A stretch of 64,000 nt of DNA, counting the filler, from Globobulimina sp. (Eukaryota), in assembly GCA_003354225.1 (NCBI GenBank). It is 16 parts of 16 records of this genome, joined end to end, with 100 filler letters (N's around TTAATTAATTAA, not from the genome) between each part and the next. Parts side by side here need not be neighbours in the genome. Positions count along the whole stretch, not along the records: positions 24,105 to 28,018 come from PIVH01001893.1; positions 28,119 to 32,031 come from PIVH01001894.1; positions 32,132 to 36,044 come from PIVH01001895.1; 13 more parts are not named here. One strand, 5' to 3'. The translations under genes and the position numbers were made by a program. The number at the start of each line of letters is the position of its first letter. Position 1 is the first letter of the stretch. Under the pieces are notes generated by a model. That model saw nothing but the letters and a program-made list of their open reading frames with translations, was not told the origin of the DNA and searched no databases. Of this stretch, positions 24,105-36,144 are shown piece by piece.

Positions 24105-26729
24105 ATTTAATTGTTCATTGATGTGCAATAACTCTGTCAACTTTCCTTTCCATTCTGCAATCTGTGTTGTTTGTTTTTGTATACTGTCCCGGTGCTCTCT
24201 CAATTTGTGTTGCAAATCTTCAATAATTCCTTCACTTTTCCCTGTTTTATCGCACATTTTATTGCGTAAACAATCATAGTTTGATCGCATTTCATTTTCT
24301 GAATTTCTCAAATTTTCTATCATTTCTTCATCATTGTTTAGTGCGCTTTGTTGAGATTTAATTTTTTCTTCTAATTTTCTGATTAACTGCACCAACTGTT
24401 TTATGTCTCGGTGAGATTGGTTCAGTTTTTTATCCGAATCATTTTGTTCTGTTTTTACGCCTTCAATGATATTTACTAAATCAGTAATCGTCATTTTTTT
24501 CTCTGTTATGTTTTCTTTCAACTTTGCAATTTCGCGTAATTTTTGTTCTTTTTCTTTTCCTATTTCGGTTATTTTCTCTTTCAAATTGCGGATTTCTTGT
24601 AACGTTTTTCCTTTTTCTTGTTCTATCTCAATTGCTTTTTGTTGACAATTATCCAAACTCACAACATTCTGCTCCTTTAATTCTTTGATATGATGCTCTT
24701 TTCCATTCACAATTTGTTGTAAATTTACAACTTTACTTTTTAATGATTGATAAATAAAAGTATTATTCTTTTCATTTTCTTGTTTATATCGAGTTAATTC
24801 TTTAAGTTGAACTGTTTTTGTATCCAATTGTTGAGATATTTTATTATATTTTGCTTTTCTTTCAATCGTTTTTTTTGTTGATTCATCATTCAATGTTAGA
24901 ATCGAATTTGTTTGTTTTTCTATGGTTTCATTTAAATTATTTATTTTTGTGTTACATTTTAATTCATTTTCATAACATTCTTTTGTAATTTTCTCAATTT
25001 GTTTTAAATGTTTTGGGATATCATCAAACGATAAGTCCATTGCAAAAGTAATTGAAATTTGATACAATGATTGCAATAATTCTTTGTCGAATGTGTTATT
25101 CATTGAACTTTTTAAGTTTTTAATTATTTGTTGGGATTTTTCAATTTCTTTTTCGTGTTTTTCTTTTTTTTGATTGGATTGTTTCGCATTTTCAATAATT
25201 TTACAAATATCGTTATATGAAATTTGATCATTTTCATCAAAAGTTATTTTAAATGTTTTTTCAATTTCTCTCATTCCGTTTCTATGTATTTTACGTTTCT
25301 TATCATCATCCTTTTGGTGGTTCGGATCATCGCTTTTCTTGACTTTCTTTGTTTTATTTGCATATGAATTTATTATGGATGTTACCTCACTTTGTATTTG
25401 ATTGAATTTATTTAATATCAATTCGTAGTTATTTTGAATTGTTTCTATGTCATGTTTTTGGTCATAACTGCTCTCATTGTCATTATTATTATTATTATTG
25501 CTTGAAATATTTGGCATTAAATGTTGAAATTTAAATTGATTTATTCTTGATCTCGACTGTAACTCTTGGACATCGTCTCGAATTTCTTTCATTTGTTCCA
25601 AATATTTCTTCCTTGCCTTACATTTCCATGCTCTTAATTTGGTCATTTCGGTTCTTTGTTGGTGCATTTTTCTGCGTAAATTATTATTTTCACCCATTAT
25701 ATCGTTTGGGTTTTTTGCTTTGTTCAATTCAAAACATTTTGCGTCTAATTCACGCATTCTTTCCTTTGCTTGATTTAACTGTTTCTCATAACATTTTCTT
25801 TGATTTTCTTTGCTTGCTCGGATTTCATTAACTTGTGCTCTCAATTCTGGAATGCTTAACAATTTACAATTAGTTGATGATAAAATGGGTGAAAAACTGT
25901 CTATCGATGATAAGCTTAGCCTGCTGTCATTATTATTATTTATTTTCTTTGTTTTTGACTGTAAAGGTTTTCTATTATTTTTGTGTTTGTTTACATTTTT
26001 AAGTTGTTTGGTTAATTCTCGATTTCGTTGCTCTAAATTAAAAGATTTTGTTTCTAATTCTTTTAACAATTTCATTTTTTCTTCACCTTTTTCTAATAAC
26101 AATTTTGAATTATTCTCTGATGATTGCTTTGATACTGGAATGTCGAGAATGAATGATAACTCACTTAAAATGCTGTCGTCGTTCAATGATAGACTCGATG
26201 TTCGTGCTGTTGTTGGCGCGGAATTTTCGTGCTGTTGCTTAATCGTTTTATTTTGTGCTTTGATTTGTTGTTTTTTAACTTTAATTTGTTGACTCAAAGA
26301 GTTGTTACTTGCTTGTAACTGATTTTTATGTTTTAAGGTGGAAATATGTTTCGCTTTAATTGATTTTAACTCATCCAATGTTTTACTATGTTGCTCCTTT
26401 AAACGGGAATATTTTTCATGATAATCGTGCTTTTTTAAATCACTCTGCGAATGTCGTAATTTAGTGACACTGATTTCAGTCGTAATTTTGCGATTTTCTG
26501 TTTTTAATTTTTCAATTTCAGACAATAATTTATCGTTTTTACCTTTTAATGTTCTTGATTGTGTTATTTGTGTACTTTGAGATTGTGATTGCTGTTCTTG
26601 CAGTTCTTGATACGATCTGTTTGAATTTGAAACTTTTCGCTTTCTGTCCTCATCAGATTGATGAATATGTTGATAGTTCATATTAGTTGCCATATCTATA
26701 TATGCTTCGTCAATGTAAAAATGCTGCAA
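24105..26729 (-). CDS. Long coiled-coil protein, 3' truncated; probable upstream exon(s)
   Basis: About 870 open codons rich in K/E/Q/L heptads; CAG acceptor-like site near 26725. Confidence 0.75.
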
Positions 26730-27027
26730 GAATCATAATTAGTCAATGTATGAGTAATTAGGATTGAGGAATACATCTGCTATATATATCAACCATTATG
26801 TTCCATGTATATTGTATAAGACCACCATGATTATTCTATAGAAAGTGTAGGTTTTTTTTCGAAAAACTTTATTTTCTCTTTTTTTCCTTCCAGAAACATC
26901 GTACCCAGAATAAGAGTCTAAACAAAGAAGGGCTAAACGAGTGATTAGAGGATCAATCCTCATTTGAGGAACCAATCTGCCTCATTTCTACTATTAATTA
27001 TTATATTTCCCTCTTCTTCCATTAATT

Positions 27028-27903
27028 ATGACTCATTGTCAAGTTATGTTATTGCATCATAATCATTCGTTGGTATATTCAGTGTTAGATCAGTTTGAAC
27101 AAAGCATGATTGATGACAGCAAACATCAATATGCTAATAAAGAATGTCAAGTGATACAATCAAAACGCAAATTAACCGCATTTATATCCTCATTAATACC
27201 ATCCATGTCAGTTGATTTAAGCAAAGTTATTGTCGATTTTGTATCGCCTCCGCTTATTATCGTTATTAAATCTTACAATTCGAATATTTTATTATCTTTT
27301 TATGATCATTACGTGCAATTTAATCGGATGGATTTACTTGAATTTGCATCAAAGAATTTTAAAAGTTGTAAAGTTCCAAAAACATGTTTTATTCAATTAT
27401 TTGAGGAAAAAGAAGCCAAATTATTATTATCCAATGAAATGGCCAAAATTTATGGTTTTTTAACAAGATTATATTGTTCAGCATTTCCAACAGCACATCA
27501 TATTCATTTATTTGCTAAGCAAAGAAGAGGGAAAAATAATATTAATATTGATATGGAAGAAGAGGTAAAGGCAGAACAGGCAGAACATTTATTGATGAAA
27601 ATGAAATCAATGAATGTATTATCAAATAACAATAATAAATTAAAAAATTATCATTTAACATCATTTACATCAATTAAGATCTTATCACATTTGTTATCAA
27701 CAATAATTCATAAAAACAAGGTTCCGGCAATGATGGTTATGTATGATTTAATGACCAAAATACGTTTACGATTAGCTGTTGTTCGTGAGATTCGATCGTG
27801 TAATAATTATAACAAAAATAAATGTATTGCCGATTTAGTTGATCATATTTTAAAATCCAATCAGTCTGTTCTTAGAACATCATATGCAGCCTCATCATAT
27901 TAA
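27028..27903 (+). CDS. Hypothetical protein
   Basis: 291-aa ORF; no motif recognised. Confidence 0.55.
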   Translation: MTHCQVMLLHHNHSLVYSVLDQFEQSMIDDSKHQYANKECQVIQSKRKLTAFISSLIPSMSVDLSKVIVDFVSPPLIIVIKSYNSNILLSFYDHYVQFNRMDLLEFASKNFKSCKVPKTCFIQLFEEKEAKLLLSNEMAKIYGFLTRLYCSAFPTAHHIHLFAKQRRGKNNINIDMEEEVKAEQAEHLLMKMKSMNVLSNNNNKLKNYHLTSFTSIKILSHLLSTIIHKNKVPAMMVMYDLMTKIRLRLAVVREIRSCNNYNKNKCIADLVDHILKSNQSVLRTSYAASSY

Positions 27904-28140
27904 TATTTTCATAAATAATGATCTGATTATATTTATTTTGGGATTTAGGACGTCTTTTTTTTTTCTTAATTTTTTTGTTTTTGTATTTTAAACAACATTT
28001 TGTTGGTTTTTGTTCTGTNNNNNNNNNNNNNNNNNNNNNNNNNNNNNNNNNNNNNNNNNNNNTTAATTAATTAANNNNNNNNNNNNNNNNNNNNNNNNNN
28101 NNNNNNNNNNNNNNNNNNAATTTCTTCCCCATACTATCTA

Positions 28141-28378
28141 TTATTCAATATAAACTCCAAGATGATTAGCAACCGGCCGCTCTCGTCCTGGGATATGGCT
28201 ATCAATCGGGGAGTTAAGCACTTTTGCATTTCCAAAGGAATTTTCGATCACCAAGGTCGAAGAGCCGCCGCCGTCCAGATTCATCGCGGTATAAACCCCA
28301 TATTCGATCATCAGATCGGCAAGCTGCGTGAGCGTTGCTCCTTCACTATAAAAAGGCTGACGACCGTCCACGACAACG
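28141..28378 (-). CDS. C-terminal fragment of a bacterial-type phosphodiester glycosidase (NAGPA/DUF2233 family)
   Basis: VVVDGRQPFYSEGATLTQLADLM...AMNLDGGGSSTLV...LNSP...ERPVANHLG; GC clearly higher than the flank; similarity stops abruptly near 28378. Confidence 0.85.
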
Positions 28379-28379
28379 A

Positions 28380-31300
28380 TAACGAAGCTGAGGAGAAAAA
28401 ATCGGACATACCGCAGGCAAAGGAGAGTTTGAATGAAATTAAGCAATATTTTTATGAGAAATTAGGACAATGTAACGACAAAACAAAGTGTTCCGTGTTA
28501 TTGAAGCATAGCAATCGTAAACGGGAACGAGGTGCAGACAGTGAGGAGAATAAAAGAAAGGAGAAAAAGGAAAATAACAAACGGGAGAGAGGCGAGATGG
28601 AAATGGGTGAGAATGACAATGGCCGCGGTGAGGCTGATGATGGATTGATGTTTGATGAACAGAATGAAAATAAAAATATCAATGATGCCCAGGCCAATTT
28701 GAACGAAATGATCAATGCGATATTAAACAGTATTCATACCTATGTATTGCATGCCGAATGGCAGTTATTTCGCTTGCAAATGGATGCCAACGATAAGGGG
28801 AATGGAGCTGAAAATAGGTTTACAACACCGACTATTTCCGTCAATAAAAATAAATTCACCACGCCGCTATCCGAAGGCGGCGGTGCTATACATCGACAAG
28901 AGACGATTTTGGATGAATTGGATGACAGTGACGAGGACGAAGAGGCCAACGGAAGTAATAAGAGTACGATTTATAGCATAAACTTTGGTTTATCTGTGCT
29001 GGAATGGTTGCAATATGGCGAAAAACCCAAATTTAAAACATTTCATCATGAGATTGTAAATAATCCGGTTTCGACTGTTGACGAGAAACTATTTTTAAGC
29101 TTCAAACAAGAATGTTTTATAAAATCGATCACGAATAAAGGCGAATTTTATACCATCATTGAACTGTTATCTTTGAAATTGTATACCGATACAACTTTGT
29201 ATCAATCGCAACTACGCAAAGCATTTTGGACCACCTCTTCGAAGGAAGTGCGTAAGAATTTTTATTTATGGGCGTTAAATTTGTATAAAACACAGTTGTA
29301 TCATGCCATACCGGTGCCCATTAATTATGGAGGAAAGAAAAAGGGAAAACCGAGTTTGGTGTATCATGGATTGAATAATGTGTTTATTGTGGATCGATCG
29401 CTGCCAATGTATAACGGGCCAATTAGTACTACTTTGGATAAATCCGTGGCGTTATCTTTCAGCGACGCAAAAGGTTTAATTTGGAATATTAAATGTTCGT
29501 ACATCAATCCATTCAAATTAATAAAAGGTATCATCCATTTATAACTCATTTATTTGCATTTATATGTTAACATTTTCATATATGATACATCAATGCACTC
29601 AAATCGATAAAAGGTATCTCTGTGGATTGGATCTCGCAATTTAAGCACGAGGCGGAATTTTTATTAATTAATCAGTATTTACCCATTGATAAAACCAAGA
29701 ACTTCACGTCTGATGACAGCAATAATGTGGACCATTTGTTGTATACTTTGAAAGCAACCAATAATAAAATAACGAGTCCGCAGTCATTTTATGCTCAGAT
29801 TGGATTTAAATATAAAGAAACATTCACTGCCATCATTCAAAAACACTCTGCATTGTATCAAGCGACGTCTATTGGTCGTACAATATCTATTTTGCAACGT
29901 TTATACGAAGAGTTGGGATTAAAAGATGAGTTTAAATATGAATATAAAGTCATTTCCTCCAAATTTAAAATCTATGATCATCGCAATTTACATAATTTAT
30001 TTCGATTGGACATAAATGATGAGATTGAGTGTAAGGACGAAGAGGAACATAAAAACGATTGTTTTGCAAATTGTAAATATAAAATGATTGCAATCGATGC
30101 AGAAACTAACAATGCAATGGAAGGTATTGCTAAAATTACATGCAAATATGATGAAGAAATAAGCATTGAAAATAATATTAAATATAAAATTTATGTGAAA
30201 AATAAGAATTTGTTTTTACGAAAAACCTATGTTTTGTTGCAAGAAATTGAAGCCATTGAATTTGAGGATGAATTTTCAGATTTATTTTATAATAATTTGC
30301 AATTATGTTTGCGCCCAAATGGTGTCATATTAAATCCATTCAAATCTCTCAGAGACAAAGCCAGCGACGAAGAAGAGGATGAATATGAAACTGAGGACGA
30401 AGAGGAGTATGAAAGCGAGGACGAATATGATGTAAAGCAAGATATTTATGGTATAATTTCACAAGAAACGCAAAACGAAATATTATCCGCACAATTTATA
30501 TTAAAACTATCCACCCATAATTTTGATGATGACATTGATGAAAAAGAAGCGCAATCAATGGAGGTTTATGAGTGTAAAAATATAAATAATTTTATAATTC
30601 CATTAAATTCATTGCCCGCCAAAGCAAACAATATCGATACCATTCATTCCTATAAATTATATGTAAAAAACAACAATAAAAATGTTTGGAAGTTGTTTAA
30701 AACTTTTTATTTCACAGAATATATATTCAATAATCCAAAAAATGACATTCTAATTTCAAGTCAATTGAATATTAATCGAGTCTTTGACGGTGGAGGATCG
30801 CTACAAATTTTTTCAAAATCGTCCATTATCATTTCGGCGAACGGTGTAATTAACGCAAATTTCTGTGGTTTTAATAATATGGCCTTAGATAATGACGAGG
30901 ACGATTTGCATGATTTGGACATTGAAGAAGAAGAAGAGGAAAATATGGAAATTGAAGATCATATCTTAAAATATGGCAAAGCGCAGCCAAGCGATGAGGA
31001 TTACGATGCGGTGGTATTTGGCGGCGGAATCATTGAATTAATTTCGGAGAAAAATATTATAAACAATGGCAAAATAATGACAAATGGCGGCACTATTAAG
31101 ATTTTTACGAAACACGATTTTATAAACAACGGACAGATATTATCGACCAATACCAATCCAAATGATGACGAAAAAAATAGTATAAATAATGGGAATGTTT
31201 TTATTCAATGTCGCGAGTTTCGCACACATGAAAAATCGGTAATTATCCCACCGCCAAAAATACAAAATATGAACAATAAATTTCATGGATTCACCGCCAT

Positions 31301-31815
31301 TCAACGTGTAATTGCCAGAAATGCGCATAAAATTAAATTGTCAGTGCGTGATAAGAATGGTTCCTCGGAGCATCGGACAGATCCAATCAATTTGTTGTCG
31401 TTTGATGATAATTATTATTTGAGCAAAGATTTAAAATCGAAGGGGATTCATAGTGATTGGATAATTTTTGAAATGGAGAATCCGCATTTTATCACAAAAG
31501 TTTGTATACAAAATTGTTTACAAAAAAATGGAATTAAAAAAATTGAATTATTTTTGGCCAATCCACAACATGTTTATGCGGAAAATAAACATTGGTTCAA
31601 GTTAACGAGCATTGACAAAATAAAAAATAGTTCGCAAGAACAGTATTTCGATGTAAAATGTCCGATTGATTCATATTAATCAAATTGCCGATGATAAATT
31701 GTATTTGGTCAAATTAAAAATATTAAAGAATTATGGACAAAGAAAATCAAATCGATTCTATCAGTTCCAAATGTATGGCAAATTGATTTATGATGTTATT
31801 GAGGATCATGATTAA
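28380..31815 (+). CDS. Large multidomain protein with mono-ADP-ribosyltransferase-like core and C-terminal discoidin/galactose-binding-like domain; 5' missing, frameshift near 31680
   Basis: LKLYTD...VYHGL...GPISTT...VALSF...(intron 29528-29613)...DWISQFKHEAEFL; GGG-I repeats; DWIIFE...ITKV; shifted-frame tail KILKNYG...FYQFQMYG. Confidence 0.65.
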
Positions 31816-32131
31816 ATTGAAAAGTAACTAACATAATATGTAAATGATTGTGTGTGTTGGATATTTTTTTTTTATTTTTGGATCGTAAATAATTAAATTG
31901 AAATTTTAACTTTTTTGTTTGTTTGTTTGTTTTATGTTGATCAATGGACAAAGAACCTGTTGTACTTTTCTTCAAATATTGTACCAGCTGATAAATATAT
32001 TTCCTAGTCCCCAAAGATGTGCCTAACACAANNNNNNNNNNNNNNNNNNNNNNNNNNNNNNNNNNNNNNNNNNNNTTAATTAATTAANNNNNNNNNNNNN
32101 NNNNNNNNNNNNNNNNNNNNNNNNNNNNNNN

Positions 32132-35100
32132 TAAAAATAAATCATTCAAAGAATAGGCAAACTTATTCAATTTATTCTTATTTGTGTTCCAATACTGTCT
32201 GCGGTTAAAATTTCGAATATATTGTTCCGTGGCAGATATACGGCAATGGAAAAAATCTAACATTGCTTTGGCGGAATCAATGCCATTTTTTGATGATATC
32301 CACGACACTTCCACCGATTTGGCGGTCCAACGAATGTTCTCTTTGTCCAACATGGCCGCCGACGATGTTATCTCGCGGTCAATAAATGAATCAATCTCTG
32401 AGTTTACATTCAAATCCAAGCAGAGCAGCATAAATTTGCTCAATTCGCGGTGTTGCGCATAAATTAAAGACTTAAAGAGTATGGAAACCAAATTGGAGAT
32501 AACAATTAAAATCATTGACTGTCGATTTATTTCCTTTTCGCGAAACGTATCCAATATCACACCATTACACAAATCTTCTTTTTGTTTGACAGAGCGTAGG
32601 ATATTCTTACTTTGATTCCATTTCATGTCCGATTGTTTGAAATTTAGTTGGGATAAACTCATTTGCTGCAATAGCGGCAACAGCTGCTGCTGCGAGTAGT
32701 GGTGGCTCAGTAACAGCGACTTCCACTGCGACTGCGTCTGTCTGTAAATGCGGAGACACGCATTGCGTTCATCGTACGCCAACTGCACGTTCCTCGTCGC
32801 GAACTGCACTTCGCTGCCTAGCTCTCCTTTTTTGCGCTGCAGCAGCTTGGAAATGGACTTTAGTTCGCCTTTCGTGATTCTGAGCTCAAACACCGACTCT
32901 CGGAGTTCCAGCACAGAGCGCCGGTACAACAGCGACGATTTCTCGGTCAGCGCGTATAATTCCTTCCAGATCTCCAGCTCTTTGGCGCTCAGATTGATGT
33001 TCAATTTGATGGCTTGACAGCAACGGTTCAAACTTCGCGACTGCAAATCCCATAAATCGCACAAATCCTCCACGGCGCGAATCATCCCTTTGATCACATT
33101 CTTGCCGTCGTCGCATTGCGACAATACGACCTGAAACACATTGGTTCCCCAAAGATTATCACTGTAAAATATGGAGCCTTTCACCCGGTCAATGCCGTGG
33201 TCATCGGTCACAATCTCCAATTTCGCTTCCTTTTCCTTTTCCTCTTCCTCTTCTTTTTCCTTTTCCTCTCTCTCTTTCTTCGTAATCAGTTGTTGATGAA
33301 TATTGGCAATGGATAAATGTTGCGAGTTTGTCAATCGTTTCGTGGCTGAAACGCCAATCGAAGATATCGACGACAATTCGCGCGAAATTGAATATCGTTT
33401 TGTTTTGGGAACTTTTTCTTTTTCTTCCTTCAAATCGACCTTTTTCTTTTTCATTTTGCCTTCAATGAATTTTTCAATATCTTGTTCGGGGTCGATTTGT
33501 TGAATTAACTCTTTGATTTTTTTTAATTGCTCTGCAAATTCTTGGTGCATACTTTGGTTCGACTCAATAAAATCAAACAAATATTGCTTAAAATTAATGA
33601 GTCGGTTTTTGGATATTTTCTTGACGTCGTCGATCATGTTCGGCATGGAAGTGGTAAATATCTCTAAGTTGGTCAAGAAAGTCGAGGTCGACTCAACGTG
33701 CTCAATTTCGTATTTGTCTTTTTGTTCAATGGCAGTCAGAAAGTCGTCGACGTGCAATTTCTTGTTTTTGTGTAATTGCGACTGTTTATCGGCCAATCTC
33801 TTGGTGTATTTTAGCAGATTTTTATTGGCGAACTCGACCTGGCACTTTGTTTTAGCAGTTTGCGACTCGCAGTTTCTCGCCGTCTCGATGATGACAGACA
33901 GCTCGTTCTCCATCGAAGGGACCGATTCCATGATGGGAATAAACGACTTTTTAGACGACGCCACAAAGCTTTTTTGGTACAAACTAAAATAATTTGAAAT
34001 ATATTTTGTAAACTCAGACCACGGCTTATTTAAAGAGGTTTTATTCGCCGTGTTGACATTGGCCACATTCACATTGACATTGGCCAATGATTTATGAATT
34101 AATTCTAAATCGGAAATGTATTTATTGTTCGAATCTTGCCATTTCATAAAAAAATCAAATATTTGCCGAAAGAGTATGTTTTGCGAATTAATGCGGGTTT
34201 CGAGCGAATGCCAATGCCGATCGTAGAGCTGTTTTTGCTTAAAAAATTCCACCGACATCCAACTGATATGCATGGAAGGCATTGTGGTCAAATCCTGCGA
34301 CGACACCAAGATCACTGGCTTATTAATGATCGGTTTGTAGTCCTTCATTATGGCCGATAATTGCAGCAAACTCTGTGTTGTGTTGGTGTTGCCAATGGGC
34401 ACCGGCACCAAATACGTTTCATTCTTTTTATGTAAAAAAGTAGTGTCTAATAAGAAAGGCGTCGGTTTGTTGTGAATGGTTTCATCAATCTTCTCATCAA
34501 AATACAGCACTTCATAATTATTGATATTTGCCGAAGCATCGAACCTTTCATCGATAAAACACTCAAAAGCCTGTGCCGTGATGAATAAATTTAGAAATAT
34601 GGAATAATCGCTGCCTATGCTATCTATCCACTTTTCTTTATTAAATTTGTCTTTTGAGGGCCCGGTCGATGGATTCATGCAAATCTTATACGATTTTAAG
34701 AATTTCGCAAAAAATTTGATGAATGTATTCCTTACAAGTTTGACTTCCTTTGCTTGCATAATGTTGGTGGCCGGCAATATTTTCTTGGGATTGCTGACCA
34801 ATTTATTTATGTCCTTATTGGAGGATATTTTGGTAAACTTTGGGATGGGATCAGAAGAATGGAACTTCACCACATTGGCATCCAAATCGATAAAAACTAC
34901 GCCTTCTAATAAGGACAAATAATTTGGCGGCAAATACGAAGGCAACACGCCACAGATAAACGGCATCGGCGCATAGATAAAATCCGTGAATTTCGAGGGC
35001 AACACCGGAACATAAATATGTTGCCAATAAAACGGGAAAATTAAGCTGCACAACGACTCGATGCAAGGCGTCAATAATATTATATTTTCGCTATAAAAAA

Positions 35101-35812
35101 GCATTCGTTTTTCGCAGAGCATGGCAATGATGCACGTTATGATATTGTTCAATGACAAGGTATGGAATAAGATGTTGAATTGCTTGTAATTGCCGCGTAA
35201 TGGCAGCTGATTGGGGGCGGGCCGCGAGAATATAACATGTAAATTATAACAGGTAAATTCTACCATTCGTCTGCCCCGCGGCGGTAATGGCGTTTCGTAG
35301 ATCAAATTGGTTAGACACACTTGGACGGGATAGGCCAAATTGTTATTACCCTCCAACGACACATAGATTTCATCCAATATCGATTCGAACTCATTTAAAA
35401 AGGGCCAATGCGACACAAATATCATAATAAATGGCTCATACACAAGATTCTGACATTCACCATCAGCATCACCATACAATTCGCCATAAACTGCCAAGTC
35501 TGACACATTGATCTCTTTCCAATATCGCAAAGCCTGGCAATATATCCTTCCGCCATCGCCTTCGGTCAATACAAAGGAATATGCCTGTTTTTCTAATGCG
35601 GATTCGTGATCCACAAAAGTAGCGCCGTCAGGAAAGGCAAAACAGCCTAAATCTGAGGGGAACTCTGCATCGCCAAAATCATGCACTGGAAATCTCAAAT
35701 CAACCACTAACGGCAATCCAATTTGTTTAAATCTGCCACTACTTTCCACTTTTGTTTGTGCTACACGTAACACCACAAAATAATCCACTACCCTTTTTTG
35801 CAAAGGCATCAC
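32132..35812 (-). CDS. DENN-domain (Rab GEF) protein followed by F-BAR-like helical domains, 3' truncated
   Basis: VDYFVV, FAFPDG, FVLTEGDGGRIY, SHWPF, LCEKRMLF, LIFPFYWQHIYVPVLP, APMPFICG, VFIDLD, FITAQAFECFI; then FCH-like YSDNLWG..FQVV. Confidence 0.9.
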
Positions 35813-36144
35813 TGTTTTGGCACTTCACTGTTTTTAAAAATATAATCTGAATAATGAACCAAGAGCATATCCCATACAAGCGTTTGCCGAATCCCCTTGG
35901 CGATGGGTGCCCCACATTTTACGATCTAGAATTTTTTTGGTGTCAATTCTCAAAAATGCAAAATTTTTTATGGATATTTTTATAAACTTGATTTTTTTAA
36001 AAACAAAAATTTACCAAAAAAAAAATTCTGTTTATATTTTTCACNNNNNNNNNNNNNNNNNNNNNNNNNNNNNNNNNNNNNNNNNNNNTTAATTAATTAA
36101 NNNNNNNNNNNNNNNNNNNNNNNNNNNNNNNNNNNNNNNNNNNN

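Noticed and set aside
28162-28379. N-terminus of the 460-aa ORF as real protein
   Set aside because: It is the antisense of the bacterial-like fragment and open by chance.
1-31815. Macrodomain plus ART as a linked toxin-antitoxin pair
   Set aside because: They are on different contigs and adjacent only through size sorting.
32650-33150. GC-richer patch as a foreign insertion
   Set aside because: The reading frame and helical protein character continue through it with no boundary repeats.
35854-35915. GC-richer island as a structured ncRNA
   Set aside because: It reads more simply as a first exon (MNQEHIPYKRLPNPLGD) followed by a GT intron.
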